In this document: one piece after another, positions 52,547 to 62,727 of the stretch
Position numbering within the stretch: the stretch's first letter is position 1
How the letters are laid out: every line of letters starts with the position of its first letter
Assembly: GCA_013166775.1 (NCBI GenBank)
Contig: JABLTJ010000011.1
Span: 1-64,000 of the forward strand
Source of the DNA: Promethearchaeati archaeon
Lineage (GTDB): Archaea; Asgardarchaeota; Heimdallarchaeia; Heimdallarchaeales; Heimdallarchaeaceae
Reading direction: 5' to 3'
Length of the DNA: 64,000 bases
Made by a program: the position numbers and the translations under genes
The notes under the pieces: model-generated
What the model was told of the DNA's origin: nothing
What the model saw: only the letters and a program-made list of their open reading frames with translations
Database searches by the model: none

Positions 52547-53587
52547 TCATAATTTTGTTAGAAGACCATCTGGTTCTTTACGATGGATAATGAGTTCACT
52601 ATAATGCTCAGAAGGAATATTGATCAATGTTTCTTCAATTAAAAAATCAATTGCCCAAGGATAAGCTAAGTGAGTATACCAACAAATAAATTCTCCAAAA
52701 CTATTATTTGTATATCTACTTGATTCTAAGTTCTGAAAAAGTAGTTTCAAACTTTCTTCTTTTCCTTTCATTACCTCTAATAGGCTCTTTGATATTTTTT
52801 CTGTAATTTTCAACCAGTTCTTTGACTCCTCTTCATTTAGAAGAGGTATCTCTAAGAGTTCTGCCAATTCCAAAGAGTCTCTTGCCCTATCTAATTTAAC
52901 CAAATCTTTACACTTCTTTTCTGTTTTATCTCTAGCTTCATTTCTTTGCCCATTTAACCAACTTTGCCCGAAATTTAGATAGTACCAGTTAGACCAAGGT
53001 AAATCTATTTCTTCTTGCCCATATTTTCCAAGATGTTTCAATTCCCCTTCAATCATCCAAAAATAATATTGAGCATCAGGTCTAGTTAAGCTAGAACGTA
53101 ATGGAGCTACTTTCAGTAAATTCCCATCTTTTACTAACTCACCTAACAGACCAATATCTAGAATTCTTGAACCTACAAGCATGAATGCCTGATCTTTCAG
53201 AGAAGAATTTTCACTTATTGATAATTTCTCAAAAACAGCATCAATCTCGGACCACTTTGAGATTGTGTGATCTGCTAGCACCTTTCCCATTTCTTTTGAA
53301 TGTTCATATACTAGTTTGGTTTCATCTAGATTTACAATCAGAAACGTCGGAAGATATTCGTTTCCCTCTTTTTTCACAAGACTTGAATCTGATAATGGTT
53401 TGATTTCTGTTAGTAAATCATCTAAAGACATGTTAAAGATATTAGCTACTTCATCAAGTGGGATTCGATCATGGAGAGAATTGATAATATCTTTTCTGGT
53501 TTTAGTTAGATAACTCCAAGGATCTCCACTTCCTGCCAACGACAAGTATGTTTTTTTATTTTCATAAATATTTGAAGTAGTATTCAT
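52547..53587 (-). CDS. Uncharacterised protein with N-terminal wHTH-like segment, copy 1
   Basis: Paralog of 56169-57221 (GSRILDIGLLG, YYFWMIEGEL.HLGKYGQE, GEFICWY). Confidence 0.8.
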   Translation of the reverse strand: MNTTSNIYENKKTYLSLAGSGDPWSYLTKTRKDIINSLHDRIPLDEVANIFNMSLDDLLTEIKPLSDSSLVKKEGNEYLPTFLIVNLDETKLVYEHSKEMGKVLADHTISKWSEIDAVFEKLSISENSSLKDQAFMLVGSRILDIGLLGELVKDGNLLKVAPLRSSLTRPDAQYYFWMIEGELKHLGKYGQEEIDLPWSNWYYLNFGQSWLNGQRNEARDKTEKKCKDLVKLDRARDSLELAELLEIPLLNEEESKNWLKITEKISKSLLEVMKGKEESLKLLFQNLESSRYTNNSFGEFICWYTHLAYPWAIDFLIEETLINIPSEHYSELIIHRKEPDGLLTKL

Positions 53588-53781
53588 AAGATATACTTGT
53601 TAGTTTTGAGATAATTATAAGCTTTAGGAAGAATGAAAGATAAAATCAGAGATAAATAGTTTACCTAATCTTTAGTTGTAATTTAATCAAGAGATGAAGA
53701 AGAACTGATTAGTAAAATACTAAACACTAAATAAGTATACTAAAACTATTAGAAATTTATGTGAATATTGATTGTATTATG

Positions 53782-54045
53782 TTAATTTGATTTTGTTATT
53801 TTTAGTAAATTAGATTTGATATCTTTCATTTGATTATTAATAGAGATTAAGGAAGAACGCATATCTTCAAAATTTGGATGACTGATCAAAATTCCCTTTT
53901 CTAATAATGTTCTTATTGTATATCGTATTGCACGTGGATTTTCTTCACTAATGGTAGATATTAGCTCTCTTTGAGTGAGTGCTCCTTCATTTTCCAAAGT
54001 TTTAATAACATTTTGAGAACCTTTGGGCAATCGATTTTTCGACAT
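53782..54045 (-). CDS. Small MarR-like wHTH protein, copy 1
   Basis: GALTQRELI...RAIRYTIRTLLEKG...PNFEDMRS. Confidence 0.85.
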   Translation of the reverse strand: MSKNRLPKGSQNVIKTLENEGALTQRELISTISEENPRAIRYTIRTLLEKGILISHPNFEDMRSSLISINNQMKDIKSNLLKITKSN

Positions 54046-54282
54046 AGCATCAATCTCGCTTCTTCAAAATTAGCTATGTGAGTAGAAATCACAAATAGTC
54101 TAATTATTAAACATTCTTTTTAACATATTTAAATCTTCATTAAAATGTTCAATGTTTATATGTAATTTTAGTAAAGACCTGTTCTTACTAGCACAACTAA
54201 TCTGCTTTAAAGAAAACATATTATACGAAAAAATTATTTTTTATTCTTACTTTCTCTTTCCATTTAGCAGATTAAAGATATT

Positions 54283-54600
54283 CTAATCAAATTCAATTCT
54301 TTCAAGTTTAAAGATTACTGGTCTCAATCCATCTGGACAAACACCAAAAGATATACCTTCACCGATGGTTTCAGGATATCCTCCACCCCAAGTAAGGAGA
54401 TGAACATTCTTGAAAATACTGTTCCATGCATGTGGACAAAATCCTTCTGGTTTGTTTCCTGTTCCATCTGAAATAAATTCACTTCCTTCCTTAAGCGCAC
54501 AATTTTTTACCTTATTCCCAGACACAAGAGTGTAATCATGTCCGAAGATATCTTTTGGTAAGAATTGTTTAACCACCGTAATTTTTACCTTGTTTCGCAT
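54283..54600 (-). CDS. TIGR04076 family protein (B1)
   Basis: VKITVVK, C..KEG.EF, PEGFCPHAW, CPDGLRPVIFKLERI; GGTGA SD overlaps the upstream stop. Confidence 0.88.
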   Translation of the reverse strand: MRNKVKITVVKQFLPKDIFGHDYTLVSGNKVKNCALKEGSEFISDGTGNKPEGFCPHAWNSIFKNVHLLTWGGGYPETIGEGISFGVCPDGLRPVIFKLERIEFD

Positions 54601-54609
54601 TCTTATCAC

Positions 54610-54918
54610 CTATTCACTTATTCTCTCTAATTTAAAACAAACTGGTCTTGCTCCATCTGTGCAGCTACTATAGATAATTCCAGGAGGAGACCAAAAAACA
54701 TCTTCACCTGAATCCAAAATTTCAATATCCTTCAATACAGTTTTCCAACCCCATCCACAGAATTTTTCAGGCTTCTCTAAATCCTCTACTATGAATTCTT
54801 CTCCCTCTTCAAAAACATAACATGTTGGAACAATATCTCCTCTAGGATAAGTTATATCATGACCAAAGACTTCCTTTGGATTAAATTTCCTTATCACCGT
54901 TACTTTTACTTTTGTCAT
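54610..54918 (-). CDS. TIGR04076 family protein (A1)
   Basis: CYVFEEGEEF, PEKFCGWGW, CTDGARPVCFKLERI. Confidence 0.88.
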   Translation of the reverse strand: MTKVKVTVIRKFNPKEVFGHDITYPRGDIVPTCYVFEEGEEFIVEDLEKPEKFCGWGWKTVLKDIEILDSGEDVFWSPPGIIYSSCTDGARPVCFKLERISE

Positions 54919-54970
54919 TTAGCATCCCTTTCTTTCAAGAATTAGCAAATCCATAGATTTACATAATACA

Positions 54971-54995
54971 CCAAGAAGCACTTATAAGAATTATC
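54971..54995 (-). promoter_or_regulatory. Conserved promoter of the TIGR04076 pair
   Basis: CCAAGAAGCACTTATAAGAATTATC occurs here and again at about 58609-58633; it contains TTATAAG. Confidence 0.6.
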
Positions 54996-55014
54996 AAGTC
55001 AATCATAAAAAAAT

Positions 55015-55512
55015 TCAATTTTCTTTCGCTAACGCTTCATTAATTGATTGACCAAATTTGAATGCTTGTTTAAGTTTTGGTCTGAAGAATCCTTTAAATC
55101 TAGCTTGGGCGATAATAATTGCTCCTGCCTCTTTTACTGTCTTTTCCATCAGTTCAAGTGTTTTTTTTCCAGTGATACTACAAGTAGTAAATATAGCAAC
55201 CTTTTGTTCTTTGATATCAACTCTCTTTACAATTTCATAAAACGCACTTGGAGGATAGTCTCCATAAGTAGGCATACCAAAAATAATCAAATCATAATCC
55301 TGTTTTATCTTATCTAATTCACTTAATTCTTGCTCTATTGTAGAGAAATCACCTTTAGTATGTTGATTTTGTATACTTACCTTCATTCCAAAAGTACCTG
55401 TCAAGATAAATGGGAAGTAATCTACATCATAATTTGTCATAGCACTACCTATAACAGCAGAGGTTTTTTTGGACCTTCCTAAAGAAGTGAAATAGATAAT
55501 CAAAGCTTTCAT
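55015..55512 (-). CDS. Flavodoxin-like protein
   Basis: IIYFTSLGRS, YDLIIFGMPTYG, VAIFTTC. Confidence 0.85.
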   Translation of the reverse strand: MKALIIYFTSLGRSKKTSAVIGSAMTNYDVDYFPFILTGTFGMKVSIQNQHTKGDFSTIEQELSELDKIKQDYDLIIFGMPTYGDYPPSAFYEIVKRVDIKEQKVAIFTTCSITGKKTLELMEKTVKEAGAIIIAQARFKGFFRPKLKQAFKFGQSINEALAKEN

Positions 55513-55751
55513 TAAGTCTAAATCCCAGCAAATAAGATAAAAACTTTTGCTAATTCAAATTGTGTTCAGGTTTTCTAGCACATATTCAAGAACTGAATCT
55601 TTGTCATCATTAGCTATGTAATTAAGATTTAAATCAAGTTGATAAAGTATAAGCAAAATTTCCGCTTCTTTTGTTTGTTAATGTTTCAAGCGCTTAAACA
55701 CTAAAAGAGAATTTTTGGTATAAAACCATCTTTAAGAAGCTCTTTGATGAA

Positions 55752-56057
55752 TTGTCTGTCATGTTATACAAACTATACAAAGCGAAAAATAAAACTACAG
55801 AAGAGATTTACGACTATAGCTTTGAAGGCTTTAGTAGTATCTACAAGAAGTATGACGTACAGGTTCTTGGGGGTGGAACAAACGTTGATGACACATCAGA
55901 GATGTACTTAATGGTTGTTTACAAAGATAAAAAACACTATGAAGAGACAGTCAAAAAACTTCAAGCTGATCCAACATACATTGAACTCTCCAAAAAACTT
56001 CAAGAACAACGAGAAAGTATTGAAGTCATTACTCTTGAAAGTTCTTACGAATATTAA
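55752..56057 (+). CDS. NIPSNAP-like small alpha/beta protein
   Basis: Size and pattern (IYKKYDVQVLG, YLMVVYKD, LQADP.Y). Confidence 0.6.
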   Translation: MSVMLYKLYKAKNKTTEEIYDYSFEGFSSIYKKYDVQVLGGGTNVDDTSEMYLMVVYKDKKHYEETVKKLQADPTYIELSKKLQEQRESIEVITLESSYEY

Positions 56058-56168
56058 CAGAACTAATTTTCTGTTGAAATCTAATATCAAAATGAGAAAT
56101 TCATTTTCTCTTTTTTTATTTCTAATTATATTTAACGCAAGACAGAACTCTAATCAATTTCAATTATC

Positions 56169-57221
56169 TCATTTGTTTTTATTTGCTTTAGATAAAAAAC
56201 CATCTGGTTCTTTACGCTGTATGATTAGTTCGCTATAATATTCTGGTGGAATCTTGATCAATTTTTCTTCAACTAACAAATCTATTGCCCAAACATATGC
56301 TAAGTGTACATACCAACAAATGAATTCTCCTAAACTATTATGTGTATATTTACTCGAACCTAGTGATTGATAGAAAGATACTAAATCTTCTTCACTTTCT
56401 TTATATTTCTTCAATAATATATTTGAAAATTTGTCAGCTGTTTCTCCCCAAATCTGTGAATCTTTCTCATTTAGATAAGGTACTTCAAGAAGTTTTGCAA
56501 GCATTCCTGGGTTTTTAGCTTTGTTTGATTCTATTATTTCCTTACATTTTTCTTCGCGGGAATCTCGTTTTTCGTTTCTCTTATTATTTATCCAGCTTTG
56601 ACCAAAGTTTAAGAGATACCAATCTGACCAAGGTAATTTAATTTCTTCTTGCCCATATTTACCCAAATGTACTAGTTCGCCTTCAATCATCCAAAAGTAA
56701 TACTTGGCATCAGGCCTATTTGGACTTGGACGCAGTGGAGCAGAATCCAATAAACTCCCATCCTTTACTAAAGCACCTAAGAGTCCAATATCTAAAATTC
56801 TTGACCCTATTAACATAAAAGCTTGTTCTTTAAGTGATGAATCTTGACTTATTTCTAATTTTTTATAACTTGCTTCAATTTCTTTCCATTTTGAAATCAG
56901 GGATTCTGCTAGAATTTCTCCTATTTTTCTAGAATGTTCATAAATAATTTGTGTTTCTTCTAAGTTAGCTATAAAAAATTGGGGAATATAGAAGTTATTT
57001 TCTCTTTTTACTAGACTAGCTTCTTCCAGTGGTTGGATTTCATCTAGTAATTCCTTTTTGGATAATCCAAAGATACTTTCAAGTTCTTCAACATTATGTT
57101 TTTCATGTAGAGCTAGAAGTATATTCTTTCTTGTAATTGTTAAATGACTCCAAGGATCACCCCTACCTGCCATCGAGAAGTGAATTTTTTTCTTTTCGTA
57201 GATGTTTGGAACAGAATTCAT
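56169..57221 (-). CDS. Uncharacterised protein, copy 2 of 52547-53587
   Basis: Collinear paralog. Confidence 0.8.
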   Translation of the reverse strand: MNSVPNIYEKKKIHFSMAGRGDPWSHLTITRKNILLALHEKHNVEELESIFGLSKKELLDEIQPLEEASLVKRENNFYIPQFFIANLEETQIIYEHSRKIGEILAESLISKWKEIEASYKKLEISQDSSLKEQAFMLIGSRILDIGLLGALVKDGSLLDSAPLRPSPNRPDAKYYFWMIEGELVHLGKYGQEEIKLPWSDWYLLNFGQSWINNKRNEKRDSREEKCKEIIESNKAKNPGMLAKLLEVPYLNEKDSQIWGETADKFSNILLKKYKESEEDLVSFYQSLGSSKYTHNSLGEFICWYVHLAYVWAIDLLVEEKLIKIPPEYYSELIIQRKEPDGFLSKANKNK

Positions 57222-57410
57222 ATAACCAACATATAAAAACTTGAGACAATTATAAGTATTATGAGTAAATCAAAATTAAATCATAGATAGCCTTTGCATG
57301 TAATTGTTTTCATTTTACTTAATAATTAAAGAAATACCGCTAATAAAATACTAAATAAAGCTACTAAACACTGTTATAAATTCAGTTTAATATTAGCATA
57401 TCATCTGGAA

Positions 57411-57671
57411 TTAATTTTTCTTACTTCTAGTATCTTTAATCTGTAGTCCTTCATTTCTTTTATTAATATGTATTAATGAAGAACGCATATCATCAAAATT
57501 AGGATGACGAATCAAAAAATCTTTTTCTAATAGGGTTTTAACTGTATATCTTATTGCGCGAGGATTTTTTTCTTTTATAACAGATATTAGCTCTATCTGA
57601 GTAAGTGCTCCTTTTTCTTCCAAAGCTCTAATAATATCATCAGAACCTTTGGGTAATTGATTTTTCTTCAT
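57411..57671 (-). CDS. Small MarR-like wHTH protein, copy 2
   Basis: Collinear paralog of 53782-54045. Confidence 0.85.
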   Translation of the reverse strand: MKKNQLPKGSDDIIRALEEKGALTQIELISVIKEKNPRAIRYTVKTLLEKDFLIRHPNFDDMRSSLIHINKRNEGLQIKDTRSKKN

Positions 57672-57920
57672 AATATCAATCTCAAGTCTTTAAAGTTAGC
57701 TACATGAATAGAGTATACCAAGAGTCTAATTATATAATATAGTCTTTAATCTATTTAAATCTTTTTTTTGAAAGATCTAATGCTAGTTTTTATTTCAGTA
57801 AAGATTTGTTCATTTTGATACTAACATTTTTTTGTAAAAAAGACATTCTAAACGAGAAAATTATGTTTATTTTTCTCCTCTGTAATTGTTTTTCTTTTCA
57901 CTTAACAGACTAAGGATATT

Positions 57921-58238
57921 CTAATCAGTTTCAATTTTTTCTAATTTGAAAATTACTGGTCTCAATCCATCTGAACATACACCAAAAGATATCCCCTCAC
58001 CGATAGTTTAAGGATATCCTCCACCCCAAGTTAGTAGATGAACATTCTTGAAAATACTGTTCCATGCATGAGGACAAAATCCTTCTGGTTTGTTTCCTGT
58101 CCCATCAGAAATAAATTCACTTCCTTCTTTAAGAGCACAATTCTTTACAGTGTTCCCAGACACAAGCCTGTAATCATGTCCGAAGATATCTTTTGGTAAG
58201 AACTGTTTGACTACTGTTATCTTTACTTTATTTCTCAT
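57921..58238 (-). pseudogene. TIGR04076 family protein (B2) with nonsense mutation
   Basis: GYP*TIGEGISFGVCSDGLRPVIFKLEKIETD*: GAA>TAA at 58008-58010 and CPDG>CSDG relative to copy B1. Confidence 0.88.
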
Positions 58239-58247
58239 TCTTATCAC

Positions 58248-58556
58248 CTATTCACTTATTCTCTCTAATTTAAAACAAACTGGTCTAGCTCCGTCTGTGC
58301 AACTGCTATAGATAATCCCGGGAGGAGTCCATGTAACATCTTCACCGGAATCTAAAATTTCAATGTCCTTCAGAATGCTTTTCCATCCCCATCCACAGAA
58401 TTTCTCTGGTTTCTCTAAATTCTCTACTATGAATTCTTCCCCTTCTTCAAAAACATAACAAGTTGGCACAATCTCTCCCCTAGGATAGGTTATTTCATGA
58501 CCAAAAACATCTTTTGGATTGAATTTCTTAATTACTGTTACTTTTATCTGTGTCAT
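58248..58556 (-). CDS. TIGR04076 family protein (A2)
   Basis: Near-identical to 54610-54918; start MTQIKV with GGAG SD. Confidence 0.88.
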   Translation of the reverse strand: MTQIKVTVIKKFNPKDVFGHEITYPRGEIVPTCYVFEEGEEFIVENLEKPEKFCGWGWKSILKDIEILDSGEDVTWTPPGIIYSSCTDGARPVCFKLERISE

Positions 58557-58643
58557 TTTGAAACTCCTTTTTTCTAGAATAATCAGACCTTTAGATTTAC
58601 GAAATAGACCAAGAAGCACTTATAAGAATTATCTAGATAATTA

Positions 58644-59255
58644 TCAGTATTCACCAATTTTCGATGTAACAAGCTCTGCTAGTTCAGTAATTGGTTTTAA
58701 TCCATCAACAATCAAATCTGCATCTTCTCGAATTCTTTCTTCTATAATTTTCAAAGCTGAATGGAACCAGTCAAGATACCGTTGAGTATAGAATTTCAGG
58801 AGATTAACAAGTTCCTCTGGATTCTGCAATTTTTGCATGTTGTTAAGTTCTCTATTGTAAGTCCTAGCCAAAGAAATTTCATGAGGAAGATCTATAAATA
58901 TCAAATAATCGACTAATGTCTTCATTTCATTTCGTGTTCTTCCTGTTGGATCTTCTACAAAAATATATCTTGCTGGATTTATTTTCTCTTTTGTAATAGG
59001 ATGTAAAATTTGCTTGCCATCTTTCAAAGAACGTAAATCTTCAATGAATTGTTCTGTTTTCCATCTATTAGTATCACAACCATCTTTTACCCATTTCTTC
59101 GGATCTTCAAATTCAAGTTTTACAAGATGATCATAATCGTCCCATAACATCGAAACTGAATCTTGAAGGGATTTTGCTACATCCTTTATTAAAGATGTTT
59201 TTCCAGCACTCACAATACCACAAATTCCTATAACTAAACTACTTGAGCTTGCCAT
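58644..59255 (-). CDS. P-loop kinase, uridine-kinase-like
   Basis: VIGICGIVSAGKTS, DDY, IFVEDP, IFIDLP...LAR...RE, ADLIVDG. Confidence 0.8.
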   Translation of the reverse strand: MASSSSLVIGICGIVSAGKTSLIKDVAKSLQDSVSMLWDDYDHLVKLEFEDPKKWVKDGCDTNRWKTEQFIEDLRSLKDGKQILHPITKEKINPARYIFVEDPTGRTRNEMKTLVDYLIFIDLPHEISLARTYNRELNNMQKLQNPEELVNLLKFYTQRYLDWFHSALKIIEERIREDADLIVDGLKPITELAELVTSKIGEY

Positions 59256-59352
59256 AAATGTCTAATTTTATTAATTTTAGCCATTTAAAAGAATAATTGT
59301 TTCTTATCTGGAGAATTTTATTTTTCTCTAAAAAAATCTGATTAATATTAAT

Positions 59353-60013
59353 TTAGGTGTTCTCTAACACTATTTCACATTTAATCCCTCGCATTTCATC
59401 AATCAAATTGTGAGAAAGAAATAATATATGTATTTCTGTCCGCTCTAATTTCTCTCTCAATATTTTGGTATACAATCCTTCACCTTCTTTCAATAAATTT
59501 TCATAGATAAAATTGTTGAATTTAATCCGATCAATTTCTTTGGGATTTATATCTGCCAATGAATCAAATTTACTCAAATCCAAAGTTTTTGCAACACCAC
59601 ATGTTGGAGAACCATCAATTCCTATCATTCCAACAACTTCATAATCATTCTTTATATAATCGTTAACTAGTTTTACGTATCTCATTGCTATCCGTTTGTA
59701 TATTATCTTAGTTCTCCACATGAAAATTGGGTACACCAGTTTTCTTATTCGAAATAACATAGAACCATTAATTCCAACACTCTTCCACAAATGAGGTTTT
59801 AGAACCCCCCCAAGCAAAAATTTCTGGACAGTCCATCTGGATAATTCCTATTCCTTTGCTTTGTAATAAATCAACTATTTCATCTATAGATCCTTCTCTG
59901 AATGCACCACCCATATATCTTGAATTTTCGTTCAAAATGCAATGTGATAAAAGAATGATTTTCTTACTTCTTTCATCATGAAGTCTATTCTGGAAATATT
60001 TTAGATTTTTCAT
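59353..60013 (-). pseudogene. DUF523/TudS-related (thiouracil desulfidase-like) gene split by a frameshift
   Basis: SHCILNEN and QMDCPE in the upstream frame; GIDGSPTCG in the downstream frame; the break is at a G7 tract (59805-59811). Confidence 0.8.
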
Positions 60014-60075
60014 TACTTGTTCTTGGAGCGTGGATTAATAAAATTTAAGCTTACATTATAATTGAAATGAATTTT

Positions 60076-60462
60076 TTAGTTGGGATTAGTTAACGCATTG
60101 TTAACTGATTGACTAAACTTGAAAACTTGTTTAAGTTTTGGTTTGAAGAATCCTTTGAATCGAGCTAGATCGACAATAATTGCCCCCGCTTCTTCTACTG
60201 TCTTCTTCATAAGCTCTAGAGATGCAATTCCAGTAATACTACAAGTATTAAAAATAACTATTTTTTTCCCTTTAATATCCATTCTTTTTACAATTTCATT
60301 AAAAGCGCTTGGAGGTCTATCTCAGTAGGTTGGTACACCAAAAATCAAATCATAACTCAAATCTGTTTCTTCAAGCTTTCGAAGCTCTTTTTCAATTGTA
60401 GAAAAATCACCCTTATCATGCTGGACTTGTATGCTTACTTTCACTCCAAAACGTCCTGTCAT
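60076..60462 (-). pseudogene. Flavodoxin-like gene, 5'-truncated with nonsense codon (copy of 55015-55512)
   Basis: MTGRFGVKVSIQVQHDKGDFSTIEK...IFGVPTY*DRPPSAF; TGA at 60322-60324 aligns with Gly (GGA). Confidence 0.85.
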
Positions 60463-60679
60463 TTGCATAAAACTACCCCATAAAGAAAGCTCCTCCTGCA
60501 AGAATGAATGCTAAAAAAATTCCTATAATTGCTGTTTCTTTTACCATTTTATTCACTTCATTTAGTTAATTAATAATTTTACTAACATTGATGTGCAGTG
60601 TATTTGAATTATCTAAGATACGGTTTGATTTAAGTAAAATTGATAAAGAAGGTGATATTTATGTTGTAAAGGTACAGTC

Positions 60680-62074
60680 ATGAGTAATGCAGAACTGGGT
60701 AAGATTAGTGATCCATTGGAAAATGACCAACGTGTTTCTTTTCGACAACGTATCTATATTGGTGTAACAAAATCTGGTTCTGATATGTTCAGTGTACTTT
60801 TTGCTGGTGCATTGTTTGGTTTTTATGTTGATATTCTTCATATGAAGCCCATTTATTATGGGAACGTTATGATTATCTTTGCCATATGGAATGCTATTAA
60901 CGATCCTATTTTTGGTTACATGTCAGATAAGAAAAGAATGGATAAAAGAGGAAAAAGAGCTTTCTTTATACGTATATCCATCCCGTTCTATTTTGCTGGT
61001 TTTCTAATGTTTTGGTTAGCTTCTCCTGGATGGTCTCAAATTTCACTTTTTATTTTCTTACTTATTTCACTCTTTATTTTTGATACAGGGTTAACAATAG
61101 CAGGCTTGAACATTAGTGCAATCCAGACAGATCAAACCTCAAGTACAAATGAACGAACTAGAATAATGTTGATAGCAATGTTGCTTAGTATGATACCCGT
61201 TGGATTAGCCTCTATGACACCCAATCTAGTACTTACTTCTACAACTTTAAGCAATCGTAAAATGTCATTAATCTTCATTTCCATAGGTGTTGTAGCATTT
61301 ATTCTGATGATTTATGGTTCAATAAAACTAAAAGAAAAATCTCTTGAAGGGGAGGATTCACAACCTTTACCTATCTTAGCAGCAATTAAAGAAACTTTCA
61401 AATCAAAGTCTTTCATATTTTTCGTGATTTTTTCATTTATGATGAATGCAGTTGCACTTAACCTTATTGCAGTCATTCCGTTATATTACAAGTATGTCTT
61501 TCAGCTTGATTCAATCCAAATTTTAATTATCACAATAGTAACAGGAATTTTCTATATCCCTACACTGTTTATTTTTGAAAAACTTCAGAAGAAATTTGGT
61601 CTTCGTAAAACTTTCTTCCTAACGATGATACTCATGTTTCTAGGTTTTATCGGTCTTTATTTTGCTAAAACGGTTATTTTCATGGCAATATGCTATGGTG
61701 TTTGTTTGTGCATGACCACAGTCTGGTGGCTTCTTGTTAATCCAATGGTTGGTGATGTTACAGATGAAGATGAATTAAAAACAAATAGTAGAAGAGAGGG
61801 GATGTTCTTTGGAACAAATGCCTTAATCACCAAACCTGCTTCATCACTCATCATTTTCATCTTTACAGCAATGATTCAGTTCTTTGGCTACAATTCGGAA
61901 TTAGCTGTCCAATCCTCTCAAGCTATCAAGGGTTTACGTTTAGGGGTTGGTATTCTTCCACTTGGTTTTTTAGTTTTAGGTTTCATTGCATTGCTATTCT
62001 ATCCGTTACATGGTAAGAGACTGAATCATGTTAAAATTGATTTAAGCGAATTACATAAGAAAAGAGGAAAATAG
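60680..62074 (+). CDS. MFS glycoside-pentoside-hexuronide (MelB-like) transporter
   Basis: WNAINDPIFGYMSD, ERT, DVTDEDEL...RREGMFFG, FYPL. Confidence 0.92.
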   Translation: MSNAELGKISDPLENDQRVSFRQRIYIGVTKSGSDMFSVLFAGALFGFYVDILHMKPIYYGNVMIIFAIWNAINDPIFGYMSDKKRMDKRGKRAFFIRISIPFYFAGFLMFWLASPGWSQISLFIFLLISLFIFDTGLTIAGLNISAIQTDQTSSTNERTRIMLIAMLLSMIPVGLASMTPNLVLTSTTLSNRKMSLIFISIGVVAFILMIYGSIKLKEKSLEGEDSQPLPILAAIKETFKSKSFIFFVIFSFMMNAVALNLIAVIPLYYKYVFQLDSIQILIITIVTGIFYIPTLFIFEKLQKKFGLRKTFFLTMILMFLGFIGLYFAKTVIFMAICYGVCLCMTTVWWLLVNPMVGDVTDEDELKTNSRREGMFFGTNALITKPASSLIIFIFTAMIQFFGYNSELAVQSSQAIKGLRLGVGILPLGFLVLGFIALLFYPLHGKRLNHVKIDLSELHKKRGK

Positions 62075-62347
62075 TTAATTCAGTACTATCAGAAAGATTG
62101 GTTTTTATTATTATACTTCTCATATTGGTATAATTGTGGCTCAATAAACCGTTCCATATGACTTTCCTTTTCAGAATCTGGAAAATAAATGAAAACTTCA
62201 TGAGAAGATTCTTGAGAGGATCGAACAAGGAGAAACCTACAAGGTTCATGCTCTTGCTACATTAGAATTTGCTTTAAACTAATCACTAAAACAAACCAAA
62301 ATGATTAATGAATGATTAAACAATATTCTGAAGAGAAAGATTTCTTT

Positions 62348-62647
62348 CTAATTTATTACTTGCTTAATTAGATCAAAAATTTGTAGCTCAGGTGGCTGAA
62401 TTAAGTGATAAAATTCTGGAATACTTTTTGCTAAATCGGAAACTCGATAGTTATTGAGATCATCTTCATTATCAAAGAATAGAATACCACCAGCTTGGTT
62501 AGTTCGTTCATCCTTCATGTAGACTATCTGTAATAGACCTGGTACTTTTTTGTATAAATCCTCACGTGTCTCAGATAGCTTAATCATCTCATCAAATGAT
62601 TTTTTACTTCTAAAGAGCATCATAAGAATTTTCATGATGTTATACAT
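62348..62647 (-). CDS. YdhR-like dimeric alpha/beta-barrel protein
   Basis: VPGLLQ.VY, AGGILFF, Y..S; start uncertain (62647 or 62635). Confidence 0.7.
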   Translation of the reverse strand: MYNIMKILMMLFRSKKSFDEMIKLSETREDLYKKVPGLLQIVYMKDERTNQAGGILFFDNEDDLNNYRVSDLAKSIPEFYHLIQPPELQIFDLIKQVIN

Positions 62648-62727
62648 ATTGCATTTCTTCTTATAAAACTATTTTACTAACAAAAATTCTAATTTATTAA
62701 GATTTTATTATTTTTAGCCAAGCAAGC

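Noticed and set aside
57921-60462. Selenocysteine/pyrrolysine recoding of in-frame stops
   Set aside because: TAA 58008 aligns with Glu and TGA 60322 with Gly in the intact paralogs. Both are single-base nonsense changes accompanied by other damage.
62140-62285. Possible coding remnant (KLHEKILERIEQGETYKVHALATLEFALN)
   Set aside because: Looks protein-like, but no family could be assigned and there is no clear start.
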